Positions 19,008-32,248 of a stretch of DNA of 64,000 nucleotides are shown piece by piece. Numbering within the stretch: the first letter of the stretch is position 1; every line of letters begins with the position of its first letter. The stretch lies in the NCBI GenBank assembly GCA_051294375.1, contig CM119265.1:17850893-17914892 (forward strand), written 5' to 3'. The notes under the pieces are model-generated. The model did not search any database. It saw only the letters and a list, made by a program, of their open reading frames with translations, and was not told where the DNA came from. The stretch comes from Paraspadella gotoi. Lineage: Eukaryota > Animalia > Chaetognatha. Made by a program: the position numbers and the translations under genes.

Positions 19008-19878
19008 ATGAACGAGGAATTTGAATGCGAATCCTCAGGACGCACGCGCAGGCAGCTTTTCACTCGACGAAGCCAAAGCGGGCTGGAAAAGGTGGCGGCG
19101 TCGAGCAGCGGGAGAATCAGCAGCGGACGGACAAACGAACGCGGCGACGCGAATCAGGAAATAAACTCAAAAGAAGAAGAGGAAACAAGAAAAAAAGCGA
19201 AGAGAAACGAAGAACGGAAAAGAATCGGGAAAGAAGCTTCACGAAACGAGAGGCCGGAAAGGAAGCGCGGATCCGGCCGCCAACGCGCCGCCTTCCCCGT
19301 CTTCTCAGTCCGGCGTTCTCCGCCAGCCCCGCCTCTCGATCTCCGCCGCCTTTTCTCCACCATCGCCCTCAGCGTCGTCGACGACGAATACACGCGGCAA
19401 GTCCTTCGGCTTCTCTTCTCTCGCCGACTTTTACGCCGCCCGCTTCTTCCGCCGTCGCTCATGGACTCCATCGAGCGCCCATCGTCTACGTCAACTCGCG
19501 AGAACGATCCGCTCGTTCCGCCGGAGCTGCAGCGGATTTGCGCGGCGACTGGCGGCCAAGAAGCCCACGTCGTTCCACGTCGACGTTCCCTTCGCGGCCA
19601 TTTGGGGTTTTACGAGGGCGGGACGTGGACGCCGAAGCGTCACGTGGATCGACAGGTTGGAGGGAGGGATGCATGTCGCGTGATGTAGTCATGGTGGGAA
19701 GCTTTGCCACGATTTGGGGGAGGAAGAGGACTGGAAACTAAGAATCGTTTCGCCACAGATTCATTGTCAATGTCTGGACGGCCGTCTGCGCCAGAAGATC
19801 GCCCGCGAAAGCCGACAACGACAGCGACGAAGACGGCGGGATCCAACGGTAGAAAATCCGAAACGAGGCGGTCGTTGA
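19008..19878 (+). CDS. Uncharacterised basic/charged protein (exons ~19008-19655 and 19759-19878; 5' end uncertain)
   Basis: GC-rich 226-codon ORF. Phase-0 donor cag|gttgg at 19655 joins acceptor cacag|att at 19759, giving ...HVDRQ|IHCQCLDGRLRQKIARESRQRQRRRRRDPTVENPKRGGR*. An upstream acceptor at 18930 would extend the exon given a 1-nt indel in a G run. No recognised domain. Confidence 0.45.
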
Positions 19879-21122
19879 AAATAAAGAAGATCGGAAGCGA
19901 ATCCGAACGAGGCCTCAATAACAAACGAGGGCGAAGCGCGCGGATGAGACGACTTTAAAGAGCGAGACGCAGCTCCGGAGTGGGCGTGCGGATCAGGATG
20001 AGAGCGGTTGGAAGTTGTTGGGCGAGAATCGGCCTCAATAATTCGACGGTCGATGATCCGCCAAGACGTTTTCTCTCGATCCGGTTTTGGACGATGCTTG
20101 CTCCTTTTTTGCGATATGGTGCAATATTATCTTAATCCATCCTGGTTTAATTTTATTTTTTTTTTTTAAAGTCGCGTCATGTTTAGTTTCGTCATTCTGT
20201 TTTATCGAGAGTTTTAATAATATTAAGAAAACGACTAGTTAAATTCAAACAGTACGAAAATATCGATTTTTAAATTTCAGAAATGATCAAGCTAAAAAAC
20301 ATGTGCTTAGTTTAAATTCTTTTCAATTGCCTTTCTGATAATTGCATAATTTATGTGCCTTAAATTGGATGATAAGATAATTATTAGCTTAAAGTTAAAG
20401 AGCATTCCTAATAATTGTTTCTTTATCACTGGTGCTCTCTTATGTGCTCGCTCTTGTTCCTCCTCTCTTCCGCCTCCTCTTCTTCTTCTCTCTCTCCTCG
20501 TCTCTCTCCCTCTCTTCTCCCTCTCCTCTCTCTCTTCTCCTCTCTCTCTCTCTTCTCTCCTCTCTCTCGTCTCTCTCTCTCTCTTTTCGGTCTTTTGTCA
20601 AATTACATTCTCAGACTCTCGCGCTTTCTCGTCACTTTGACGCAGAAAACCATCAAGATTCATTCTTTGATGAGTCTTGATTTTGTTATTCCAAACTAGC
20701 GTCTCTGCCTTCGATCAAAATTTATTATTTACCACTCAAATATTTTATTCGTTAGTAGTGAGGGATCGGATGTTATTTCAGAGCCGTCTGGTTATACCTC
20801 TGGTTATAAAGTTGCCTCAAAAAATGGCAAAATATATTTTTTTATGAAAAATATCATTCCTGAAAGATTCCATATTTTTGGAAAATTATACTTATCATAA
20901 CAAATTTTCAAATATTTTTTCAAAGGGAATAAAACAAGAGATATTTGAAGAAAATAAACGTAAAAATAGCATGGAAATACCGGCTTTACTTACCTGAAAC
21001 CGATCGTTGATTGGCTAGGAAATATAAGAAGAGAGTGATAGAAAAGAATAGAAAAGACAAGAAGAAGATAGAAGTGAGTAGATAAAATAATTGAATAATG
21101 ACAGTCAGAAAGTATAAATATC

Positions 21123-22421
21123 AACGAATGCATTGTTTTGAAAATTGAAATATATTTTAATAATTTAACTCGGCGATATACGGGCTCTTTGAACGAAAAG
21201 AAAAGTTCGAAGAATTTCCGCTTGCCTTTTTTGTGTTCGCTTTCCTCGAGAAGACACCTCGAAACAAATGACGCAGTTTCAGTTCCAACTTCGTTGTTTT
21301 ATCTGATTGCCCATTGATGGTCACAAAATTGTTATCCAAAAATGCTACGTCGATAAATAAAAATTTTCATCATGTATTATAAATTTCAAAAATTGCTTTA
21401 TGAAAAAATAAGCTGAAGAAAATTAAAAATGTTGAGAGAAACTCTCATCGCTTAGCAGAGACGTCGAATGACACCATCTCACTCTGCTCCTTTTATAAAC
21501 ATAAAACAACCGTGAGGATGAATGCGTGATGCGCCGATTATGACTAGGAACGCCATACATCTCGTTAGCTTGTGTTTCTCAAAGGCTTCAGACTTTTTTT
21601 CTAGTACTATAACCTAACAAACAAACAAACAAAAAAAAATACTAGTGAATAAAATTAGCGATTACTACAATTACAAGTACAGAAATATTTGAGTCATTTC
21701 TACAAACTAAACAGAATAAGTTTCACATAGTAGAAATATTTATAGTAGCGTCCGTGAGAAGAAAAGCCTCGCACCCTTTGAAATAAGCGATTGCGTTCTA
21801 CCTTGGCCCTCTGAAGAGAAGTAAGTATTGTCATGTCCTTAGTGACAGAACCGTTCATTAATAAGCAAGTCCCTGAGCTCCGTTCAGGCTGTAACACGTG
21901 TTTACAGGGGTTAAGCGCCCCGTCCCTCTTAACTGCAGACGGACGCACCGGGTAGAACCCCGGACCTTTGGGCGAAATGAATGCCTCCGGGCACCAATGG
22001 CCGTTTGATTAACGTAGGTGGATTTTGTCCACCATACCTCTTTCTCATACGGGATTCGAGAAAAGAGAATCAGCACCAGGATTATTATTTTTATTTTCAT
22101 CGTGTTTCCCGATGCAGCTAGATGCGATAGTTGAATTCGCAGCCCACTTTCATTGGTACTACAAAAGTTTATTTTTTTGCGTGCTGGAACAGATTCCAGC
22201 GGTTTGAATACAGTGGAAGTTCACGATTTGTTTAAAAGGATAAATGGAGTTTAAAAAGGTAGCGATCTCCTTGTATAAAAAAAAAAAGGCTAATAAATGC
22301 TTCCTCTCAGCGCAGACGAGACCAAAGAGTTCCGAGCGTCAAGAGCCAGACGACCGCCGGAGACTGGAAAAAAACATAAACCAAAGCTTTTGGAAGATAA
22401 TGGCGGCTTTTTAAGACGCCA
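21123..22421. repeat. Segment A, copy 2
   Basis: Collinear with 1-1291. Confidence 0.95.
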
Positions 22422-22653
22422 ATGAAGGATGCTCCCCGTCGAGGTCACGTGATTTTGATAATGGCGCCAAGTTTGTTTTTATTTCCCGCCGTTTGTTTCG
22501 AGAGACGACGACGACATATCGACGGACGAGCGAGAAGTGACTCGCGCGTCGAGATTTGTTGGCGGACGTGACAACAACAAAAACAAGCCAATTCCGAAAC
22601 GAAGCGAAGGGATGAAGAAAAACTAAGCGTTAATCACACGACAGAGAGAGAGA

Positions 22654-22710
<57 letters not shown>

Positions 22711-22958
22711 GAGAGAGAAGGGGAGAAGAGAGAAGAAGAGACGAGAAGAGAGAGAGCGTATGCGCGTCTTTGTCGACGTGTCAGGGTCGCGTTTTAGCGA
22801 AACAACTCGGTCGAGGCGAATCGAAAGACCGACGAAATGACGGAACTCGATTTCGCCAACAGAATTTTTGATTTTTTTGAGGCAACGAAGCCTTCGGGAT
22901 GTTTTTCTTCTCTAATTTGCCTTGTCTTGTCGCTTTTCTTTTTTTTTTTCTTTCTTTT

Positions 22959-23011
<53 letters not shown>

Positions 23012-24177
23012 TTTCATTTCTTTCCTTTCTTTTCTTTCTTTCTTTTCTTTCTTATTTCTTTCTCTTCTTTCTTTTTCCTTTCTTTTCTTTCTTTTCTTTT
23101 CTTTCTTTTCTTTTCTTTTCTTTTCTTTCTCCTTTTCCTTTTCCTTTCCTTTCCTTTCCTTTCCTTTCCTTTCCTTTCCTTTCCTTTCCTTTCCTTTCCT
23201 TTCCTTTCTTTTTCCCCTCCTTTCGTTTATCTTCTCGTTTCCGTTTTCCCTTATTTTCTTCTTTTTATTCAGTTGATTTTTGTTTCATTTTTTAAACCTT
23301 TCTCTTTTTCTCGCAGATGACTTTCCAAACCTCTAGGGCAAAAAATCGCCGGAATTATTACCCTCATCGGATTTTCGTTCACTCGCCCCTTCGTCTTTCG
23401 AATGATTCGTTATCTTGTGAATCGTCGTGACTCTCGTTACTTCTCGGGTCGAGGGCCTCATTTCTCTCCAAATTTTAACGAAAGAGAGAAGAACTTCGAA
23501 GGGCGAGTGTGACGTTTGTCTTCCACATGATGGACGACGAATATTTAAAGTGAAAATGAGACTTGGCTTTCCGATCGCTGCTTTGCGGCATCGATCGGGT
23601 TCCAGCCACTTTTCTCTTCGAGAGAGTCGGGTGGGGTTTTTTTTTTTTCTCTAAATATTTTATAGGGCACCTAAACAACTTTTGGCGTTTAGAGGTTAAG
23701 AGGAAACCCCAGAGATTCGGGCGAAGGCGGGTAGCGGACCGAGCGAGGACCTGCCAGGGAAAACCTGGAGAAAAAAGTCAGGCCATGGATCTTAGATACA
23801 GTTCGAAATATTTCCCGATAGCGGCTCTCGCTAGAAACGCCCCAGCATCGTCGGAGACCGAGGGGCGGCGCCGACAAACTGGCGCCGCCGCCGAGAAGGG
23901 CGCCGGGAACGCCGAAGGTCACCGTGACGTCATCCATCAATCTCGCGCCGCTTTTTACCGACGAGAGAAGGGACCTTTTCGTCGAGGGGGAAGCGGGGAG
24001 GCGGGGGTGGCCGGGGGTGGGGTTAATGAGGAGTGGAGGAGGAAAAGAAGGGAGTGGTAAAAGAAAGGGTAAGAAAGGGAAAGGTTTAACGTAAGGATTA
24101 AGAAATGTAATGGGGGAAGTCGGGATTGATGAGTGGATGAAGAGAGAGGGGGATGATGAATATGCCCAGGTTGGGGA

Positions 24178-24274
<97 letters not shown>

Positions 24275-25328
24275 GTCTCCGCGGCGATATCGTAAAAATC
24301 CGTAAAGGTACATTGGAATGAGGCCCATTATGTTTTTGGAAGATAAGAAGAGGTTTGGGAAGATAAAAAAAGAAGAGTTATGGTTGGAGTAATGATTTCG
24401 GAGGGGCAAGGGGAGTAGAGAGAGGGTGGGTGAGTGGGACAGAAGAAAGCGAGGGATGTGAAAGAAAGAAGGGTAGGTTGGGTGAATTGCGAAAAGGAAC
24501 TACCTCGATTTTAAAGTTGACGAATATTTCGGGTGGGTCTCCGAAGGTAAACGAGTCAAGAAAATTGCCGACGAACATCCGCATCGTGGGGAGAAAAAAA
24601 ATTTTTAAGCCGTGGGAAAGTAGAAAAATAGAACTCGGGGTCAAAAATGTTCCGCGGAACCGAGGAAAAGGAGACGGATGGAGAGATGGGGGCGGGAGGC
24701 AAAGACGTCGTCGTCGTCGTTCGTCGTCGTATTTTGTCTGCAAGTTTCTCGTTTAAAGAGATTAGACAGGCTTGTTCGCTGTTTGGGGCGACAGCAAAGT
24801 TTCGCAAATTCTCGCGGTTTACAGCAGTTGTTCATCGTAATTGAATTAGATTTTGTTTCTGCCTTCGAGACACTAAGAATGAGCGACGTCCCTTGGCCGC
24901 CTTGCCGTGGCGTTGGGACACTCGGTAGTGAGACGGCCAAATACATCAACGGATAGCTAGAATTAAACCAACTTACGTTTATTTTTCTAAATTAAATTAT
25001 CGAATCAAAACTTAACAAACGAAAATACTGAATTAATTCCCCAAATACCCTCGCAACACGGCTACAAAAAAAACAAACCGAGTGAGTGTTGTTAGGCTGG
25101 GGCTTTCGTTTAAACAGTCCCGCGCGGATATGCGCGATAAGTCTGAAGCATATGGCCGCGTCGATACCGTCTTAATTATTGACGCTGAAAACGGATTACG
25201 AATGGCGTATTTGAACGAGGCGAAGGGAGAGAAATCACTATGCACCCTGTCTGTCTAGCGATATTAATCGTAAACTGGTTTTGATAATTTTTAAGGGTCA
25301 TAAAATTTATTGGCTATTGATGGCTCTC

Positions 25329-25337
25329 AAAAAAAAA
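25329..25337 (-). terminator. Pol III terminator (T9 run) of tRNA-Gly
   Basis: First oligo-T run, ~26 nt 3' of the tRNA discriminator base; present in all four copies. Confidence 0.6.
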
Positions 25338-25363
25338 GTTAATAGAGTAGAATAGAATACGCA

Positions 25364-25434
25364 TGCACCGCCCGGGAATCGAACCCGAGTCGCAAGAATG
25401 GGAATCTTGCATGATACCACTACACCAGCGGTGC
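25364..25434 (-). tRNA. tRNA-Gly(CCC), intact copy
   Basis: GCACCGCTGGTGTAGTGGTATCATGCAAGATTCCCATTCTTGCGACTCGGGTTCGATTCCCGGGCGGTGCA: 7-bp acceptor stem, A box TGGTGTAGTGG, anticodon CCC, B box GGTTCGATTCC. Nearly identical to vertebrate tRNA-Gly-CCC as I recall it. Confidence 0.96.
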
Positions 25435-27638
25435 GATGTGGCTACATAGAAAAGTTTCATGCTAAATCTTTGGAAAAAAAAAGAATCAGCCTTTACGCTA
25501 AAAAGCATCTTCTCCACATGTGAACCCGATTCAGAAGATTCACCACGACACCTTTGTGGGATTTTGAATCACCTGCATCACCGGCCTCATATGCATCACC
25601 TTTTTCCAGCCGATGAAACCACACAAATTTAATTTCAATGACAAGCCGCAATCCTTTAAACAAACCGAAAAACCTATTCAAGCTTACCAATGAATTACTC
25701 CGTTCTAACATATTGATGCTCTTGTGGGCCTCCCGTTTTCGGCCCTACCACGCGATTCGGGCCGTAAATTACGGCGACAAAACGACAAAACAAAAGAAGA
25801 AATAAACGAGAATAGAAACGAGAAGGAATCGAAGCCTTTCGTCGTAAACAGAGCGAGGAGGCGGAGGCGGCGGGAAAACGAGCGGACGCCGAGAAGAGCA
25901 GCGGGAGTTTCGACGCTCGTTACGCGTCTTTGCGAAGAACGAGGCCGTCTGCTACGGGCGTGACGACTGACGAGAAACGAAAGATTGCCGTGTCTAGTAG
26001 ACTGTCTACTGTCTAGCTCTGCCACGATTTTGCGGATGCTCTGTGAATGATCTCTGTATTGAATATTTAAGTTCCAGTTATTTAACGTTATTTATTAATA
26101 ATTTTAATATGTTGCAAGAGGGATGGAGGACTTAAGCCACTATTGTCCGTAACATGTCAAAGGTCAGAGACAAGATAGCTTATTTATTCATATGTATTGT
26201 AAAATTTCAAAAAAATGTTTAAAATAATTTAGAATATCATTTTAGGCCCTACTGTAATAGTAGTGTAATATAGTTTATAGTGGCAAATCCAACGTTTAAC
26301 TCTTTACTACGAGGATGCGGCTGAGTCGGCAGCGGCGGCGTCGCCAGCGGGCGAGGCGCTCAAAGTCGTTTACTCGCATGAATTTATTTGAATTTATTCC
26401 CCGGCTTCGAAGGAGATAAAATAAAATAAAATAAAAATTCTCGATCAAAGCGGAAACTGAATCTAAGATGAGATCCGCACATCAAAGAACATGGGCGACG
26501 CCGCTCTCGGCTGCCCCTGCCGCCTCTGAAGCCCCTGCGGCGCGCAGCCTCGGCCGTTTCCGGCTGCCCCTGACACGAGGGGGCGCCGCAGCCGCCAATC
26601 CTCACAGTCGACGACGCCGAAGAAGAAACGACGATCAGGACGAAAAGATCACAAGGAAGTGAAGAAAAATAAAAGGATTATGAAAATAAAGAAAGAAAGA
26701 AAGAAAGAAATAAAGAAACAAAGAAACAAAGAAACAAAGAAACAAAGAAGAAACAAAATAAAAATGACGTTATTCAACACAATACTTGACATTCATAAAT
26801 TAATTCATCTAATTCTTTTAAGTAGTTAAATGGTTCACATACAAAAAAAAATTACAGTAATTTTGCTTCTTTCAGTTTGCCGTTCATTTACAAGTTCCTC
26901 TTTTTTTCGTTTTTATTTTTTTCCGTCGTGGCGCTGAATTCGTTTTATTCTCCGACGAACAAAATGGAAACGGCGACACAAAAACCCCATTAGAGCCTCA
27001 GCGTCAATTCTGACGTCGAGTTTCTCTGACGAAAAGAAAAGATTTTTTCTTTTGCTATTTATTATTTATTTAGATTTTCTGATGCGATTATGAAATTATA
27101 TTTTTTTCCCGATTTTAGAATAACTGCTCACTAAATAACTATGGCTAAATTAAACATTGAATCTTTCCTTTTTGTAGTCATCATTCTGCATCAATAAATA
27201 ATTTGATATTAATTTTATTTCACATATTCAATAATCATAACTTTATTTCCAGTAAAATTAAACCGATAAAGTGCACATGTAATATCTCTTCGATATAGTT
27301 CAACGTCCGGGCATGAGGACAGCCGGGTCATTTTCTTCCTACCTCAGTTTCTCTTTTCCTCTGGACCTTTTTTTTTCAGCAAGTTCCCGAGAAATCGATT
27401 TTTTCAAATTGGCGCCAATTTCTGAGGATTCTGCACGCATCCGGTCGGAATGGGAGGGGGGGAGAGAGGCCATGGAAAGAGAAAGGAGAGACACAGAGAG
27501 AGATTGTGAAAGACAGAAAGGAGAGAAAGAGAGTCAGACTGAAGAGAGGGCTTTCAGAATCACCGCTCCGACCTCTTCATAAAACAGAAATGGCGAGAAA
27601 AGGAGAGGAAAAAAACAGACAGTAGAGCGGTAAAAAAG

Positions 27639-27680
<42 letters not shown>

Positions 27681-27689
27681 AGGAGAGAG

Positions 27690-27729
<40 letters not shown>

Positions 27730-27876
27730 AAGATGAATTGGAAAGAAAAGAAAGAGCATGGCAGCAAACAGACTCGTTATCACGATATAACTTAGCGCGT
27801 GATTTTTCCCCCAGGACTCACTCCGACTTCAAAAACAATTTCCTCTCGAGAATTCAAACTCTTCTTAGCCCGGGAA

Positions 27877-27911
<35 letters not shown>

Positions 27912-29571
27912 GAGTGAGATCTGCACCTACCGACTAAATAAAGGATTCCAATAAAGAAAAGAAGTCGATGAAGAGAATGTTAACTGGAAGCCCGGTTGCC
28001 CCAGTGGCGTTGCTTCCATATGTTTTCATGGGGTAGCGTTAGGCGAAGACTGCTGGGGCGCGATAACATCTCCAAGCGGCCAATTTAGCGCCCCTCGCCA
28101 TTCCAGGCATTATCGACGTCGTCGTCGTCGTCGTCGTCGCCGTCGTTCAGCTTTTGATTAATCTTAGAAATGCAATTAGGCTTGACTTTCATCCAATCCT
28201 TTTCGTAGCAACACAGATAGGGTTCGCGCGCGACGACCGGTTTGAGTGTGACGGACGTTCCGGTAGCAAAAGACCAAGTCTCCCCTATGGAGATCCAAGA
28301 TCCACAGATCCAATTACATACTTTGTAAGTTAAAACTTGTCAAGCGAAAAAAGTTCAAGCAACATATAACGAAATCCCCCCGTCAGCGACGATGCGATCA
28401 TTCTCGTGGGTTTATCGTCAATCGCCCACTCGACCGAGCCGATCGCGTCCCTTCATTACGCCAAAGGATCTCCCCCGTCCAATCAAATCAGGAATCGCTG
28501 CTCTCAACGAATCAGGGCTTCGTAATTCGCGACGGCTTTCGTTCTCAGGTGAATTACGCGCCTCGTTTTCGATGCTCTTTCGTTTTATGGACGATTTCGA
28601 TCGGATTTCCATTTCGTTTTATCTTTTATTTTGATTAGATTTCCTCCTTTCGTCCGTCACATCTGTTTAGGTCGAAATTTGTTCCCCTTTTGCTTATCTC
28701 GTTTTCCAGACGTTAGTAGAAACCCCCAAGGCCCACACTCTCTTGAAAATCAGTTATTGAAATACTAATCTAATACGTCTTTGAATCTCCGCAATCTCTA
28801 TATATCTGCCCTAATATCTGACCTAATAATCGTCTTACTTGACTCATCACTTCTACCTTCTCTCACCCACCTTTCCTTTCCTCAACCCATTCACGTCAGC
28901 GTCACGCCATTAAACGCGGAAGGTTGAGTAATCCCATCTAATGTTTTTTTGTTTATTTGTTTTTTTTGTTTTTTTTTTTTAATCAAGCGACTAGAATTTG
29001 ACTTTATTTCTTTCGACAATTTCACGGTTGACTTACTTTACCAAGATGTTTTACTTTTGATTTGTCATTTCTTTTTTTTCAGCAATTCATAATAAATAAC
29101 AACATTTTACTAACTCTGCCTACATACGGATTTTCTCCTTTACCCATTTACATCCGGGAGGTCCAATTAGCGAGCGCCGAAGGAACAGACGGCGGACCAG
29201 TCCCGCTTTTGGAAGCAAGATGGAGGGGGGATAAAGTGAGAATTTCTCGCCGGCTGTGTGATTGAGGAGACTGTGCTATGCAATGGAACGGTGAGGAAAG
29301 CGAGATTGCATGGAGTGATAAGCCGTTTGCAAACGCCACGGGAGTGAATACTTTGTAGAGTGGCAGCGCGCGCGGGGAGCGAAATAAAAATCAGAGATTG
29401 CGTCCGAAGAATTATTTTACGACCTCGAGGCTTGTTAAGAGGCGCAGATGTGGACGGCCGATGAATAGTGTTTGATTTATTGAGGAAAAAAATCTTAAAA
29501 GTATAGTGATCTCGCCAGATGTTACTATCAAAGAAAATAAATGAAAAAATTTATAAAAAAAAACGAATTAT

Positions 29572-29882
29572 TGTGATGTAATACTAATTGATTGGTTGAT
29601 GTAATAGTAATTGATGAATTGATGTAATAGTGATTGATTGATTGATGTAATAGTAATTTATTGATTTATTTAATAGTAATTTTTTGATGCGATGATAACC
29701 AATAATTAATAGGATAATAACCAAATAATTGATGCGATGATAATCATCCATTGATGCAATGATAGTCATTCATTGATGCAATAATAGTTATTCATTATTA
29801 CAATGATAATCATTCATTGATACTATGATCGTTATTCATTGATGTGATGATAGTTATTCATTGATGCGATGATAGTCATTCA
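29572..29882. repeat. AT-rich minisatellite, 22-23 bp units
   Basis: About 7 units of ttgatgcaatgatagtcattca (29729-29882), preceded by related 23-bp units ttgatgtaatagtaattgatgaa. Confidence 0.85.
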
Positions 29883-31772
29883 GAGTATCGACCTTAAGCC
29901 GTGCCAGTGGCGTCACAAATATTTTTTTATTTTCACGTTGACCTTTTCCCTCGAATTATTTTGGTCAACAACGTAGGTTTTTTTTTCGTCTCTCTCCGCG
30001 TCATCGTCTTTGTCGGCTGCGGGTGTCGGTTTTGGTAGTTGGGGCATTAGAAATGACAGCAGAGTCAGCGGTGGCGGGAGCGACGACGATGACGACGACG
30101 ACGAGGGCGACAATGCTTCATCAGCGGAAACCGGTGAATCATCGTTGAATCTTCCCGAAAAAAAAAATGGAGTTTGGAATTTCATCAAAAATCGCGATTA
30201 ATTGATTCGGCGACTCTGGCCTTTAGTGTCTGTTCATGACACTGATCCGTGTTGCACAACGAACAATGGTCATTCTGTTTTAAAGGGCAATTGATTTTTG
30301 GCTCGATTCACTTTGACTGCTTCGAGAAGAAAGCAAATCAATTGGTGGAAAAAGGGAAGAAATCCAGACTAAGGTTACAAAAAATAAATAAGGTAGAAAA
30401 AGTAAAAAAAGGTGGCGGGAAAGAAATGTAAGGTTAATTACAAGGGGAGAAAGAGTAAAAGATAAATTGGTGCTTTAAATTTGTTCAGATGAAAAAAACC
30501 ATTAATTGAAAAAGGAAAAAAAATAAAGGAGACCAACTGTAAAAAAAATAGAGGTAAAATATAATATAATAATCAAATGCACGAGGAAGAATATAAATAA
30601 TGCGAACCCTAAGAGCCCCTTTGAACTCTCAAGGTCAACCGACGAGGTCAGCCGGGCGGCGGGAAATCTCGCTCCCGACGACGAGGTCAAATGTTCTGTT
30701 TTCACGCCGAGCGGAGCGGAAGGAGACCCGGGCCCCGATATCCGTATATATATTTTCTTTTTTATTCGGATATACGCCCACGCGTCGGATTAATATCTGT
30801 GAGGCTTGAAACGTGTGATGAAAATGAAACGATTGGGACACCACCTCATACCCTTGCAGGTTTAACCCGGATGTTGTTTAACAACTAACCAAATCCAATT
30901 CTTCTTGAAAACGCAAAACCAAAAGCTCGCATCTGATTTTTATAGAAAATATAAGATAACATGATAAATTGAGAACAAAAACAGATGATTTTATTCGCTC
31001 TTGGATTTCGTACTTTGGATTTGCTCCCGGAGACTATGCGAAAAAAATTTAGAATGACGTAAATAAAAGCCGCCCAAAGTCTAAAAAAAAATTAAGTTAA
31101 GCATTTTAAATGTGGTGATAAAATATTTTCACATGAACAACAAAATCACTATCATGGACAGATTTACTCTGATTATAATTATATCAAATTAATAAAGAAA
31201 TCTTTTGCTTTTATTCGCATTGTAGTAGAAAAGAACAAAAACGATAATCATAATAATGTTATGGGTTTTTCATGGATGATATCGGCCGAAAAGAGGTTGA
31301 AGGAATTTGATTGAGGCTTGGAGGACGGAAGAGAGGGGAAGCGAGATTTCCGCCAATGAATATGTGTGTGTGAGAGAGAGAGTGAGCGAGAGAGAAAGAG
31401 AAAGAGAAAGAGAGAGAGAGAGAGAGAGTGGATTTTCCCAACGAACCTCTGAAACCTTTGCTAATGGAAAACCGAGTGTAGACGGAACTCAAATATAAAA
31501 AAGCTACAAGACTGGAGCGAACTATATTTTTTTTCACAACCGAGTGGTTCGTGAGAATAAATGTCAAAGAGGTTGTCAAATGCGATGCAAGTGCGGCTAA
31601 TAAAAATTGGAGCCAAAGAGCCTCGTTTGTTGAAAGCTGACGAATTCCTTAGGTGGTTAAGTTGACTTGTAAATTAGTTATTTTACAATTAAAATGTCTG
31701 CGAGGTAGTTGCTAACCTTCGGGGTGTTTTTTCGGGCTCGGGAGATAAAAATAGCTCCAGGGACGATACCTT

Positions 31773-31819
<47 letters not shown>

Positions 31820-32180
31820 TTATTCAAATCTCCTGCTCTCTCGTTTTCTTCACCTTTTTTCTCCTTCCTTTCCCCTCTCCATGTTACTCTCGGTCTCAGC
31901 TTGACCGATAAAGAAAAAGCCCCCCCCAAGCAGAAAGAAAGCATTTTCGAACTAAAAAGCTTTTATGTTCCTTTTCATTCAAAAAAAAATATCTGTCAAC
32001 TGTCGTTTCGACTGCGGGACAAGTGACAACCAACGGCCCCAACAGACAGATAAAATGTCCGCCCTAAAACGAAATAAAGAAAAAAACTCTTTCTCGTGTT
32101 TTCTCTCGGGGAACATTGAAAACAATCGTGAGGAAATTCCGTTGACCATATGGGAGGACGCATTCGACAACGACGCCGTT

Positions 32181-32248
32181 AGATTCATCGAAAGAGATTC
32201 ATCACCCGAAACGAGAGATTCATGACGCGAAACAAGAGATTCATCGCG
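32181..32248. repeat. Short tandem repeat, ~21-bp period
   Basis: agattcat core at 32181, 32195, 32216 and 32237. Confidence 0.7.

Larger units (their letters stand above)
22422..28884 (-). repeat. Segment B, copy 4 (full length, inverted relative to the A-B1 arrangement)
   Basis: Begins with the reverse complement of ~8012 (atgaaggatgctcccc) and ends with the reverse complement of ~1294 (ctttcctttcctca). Confidence 0.93.

Noticed and set aside
29572-29882. CRISPR-like array
   Set aside because: Units are contiguous with no unique spacers, there are no cas genes, and the context is eukaryotic.
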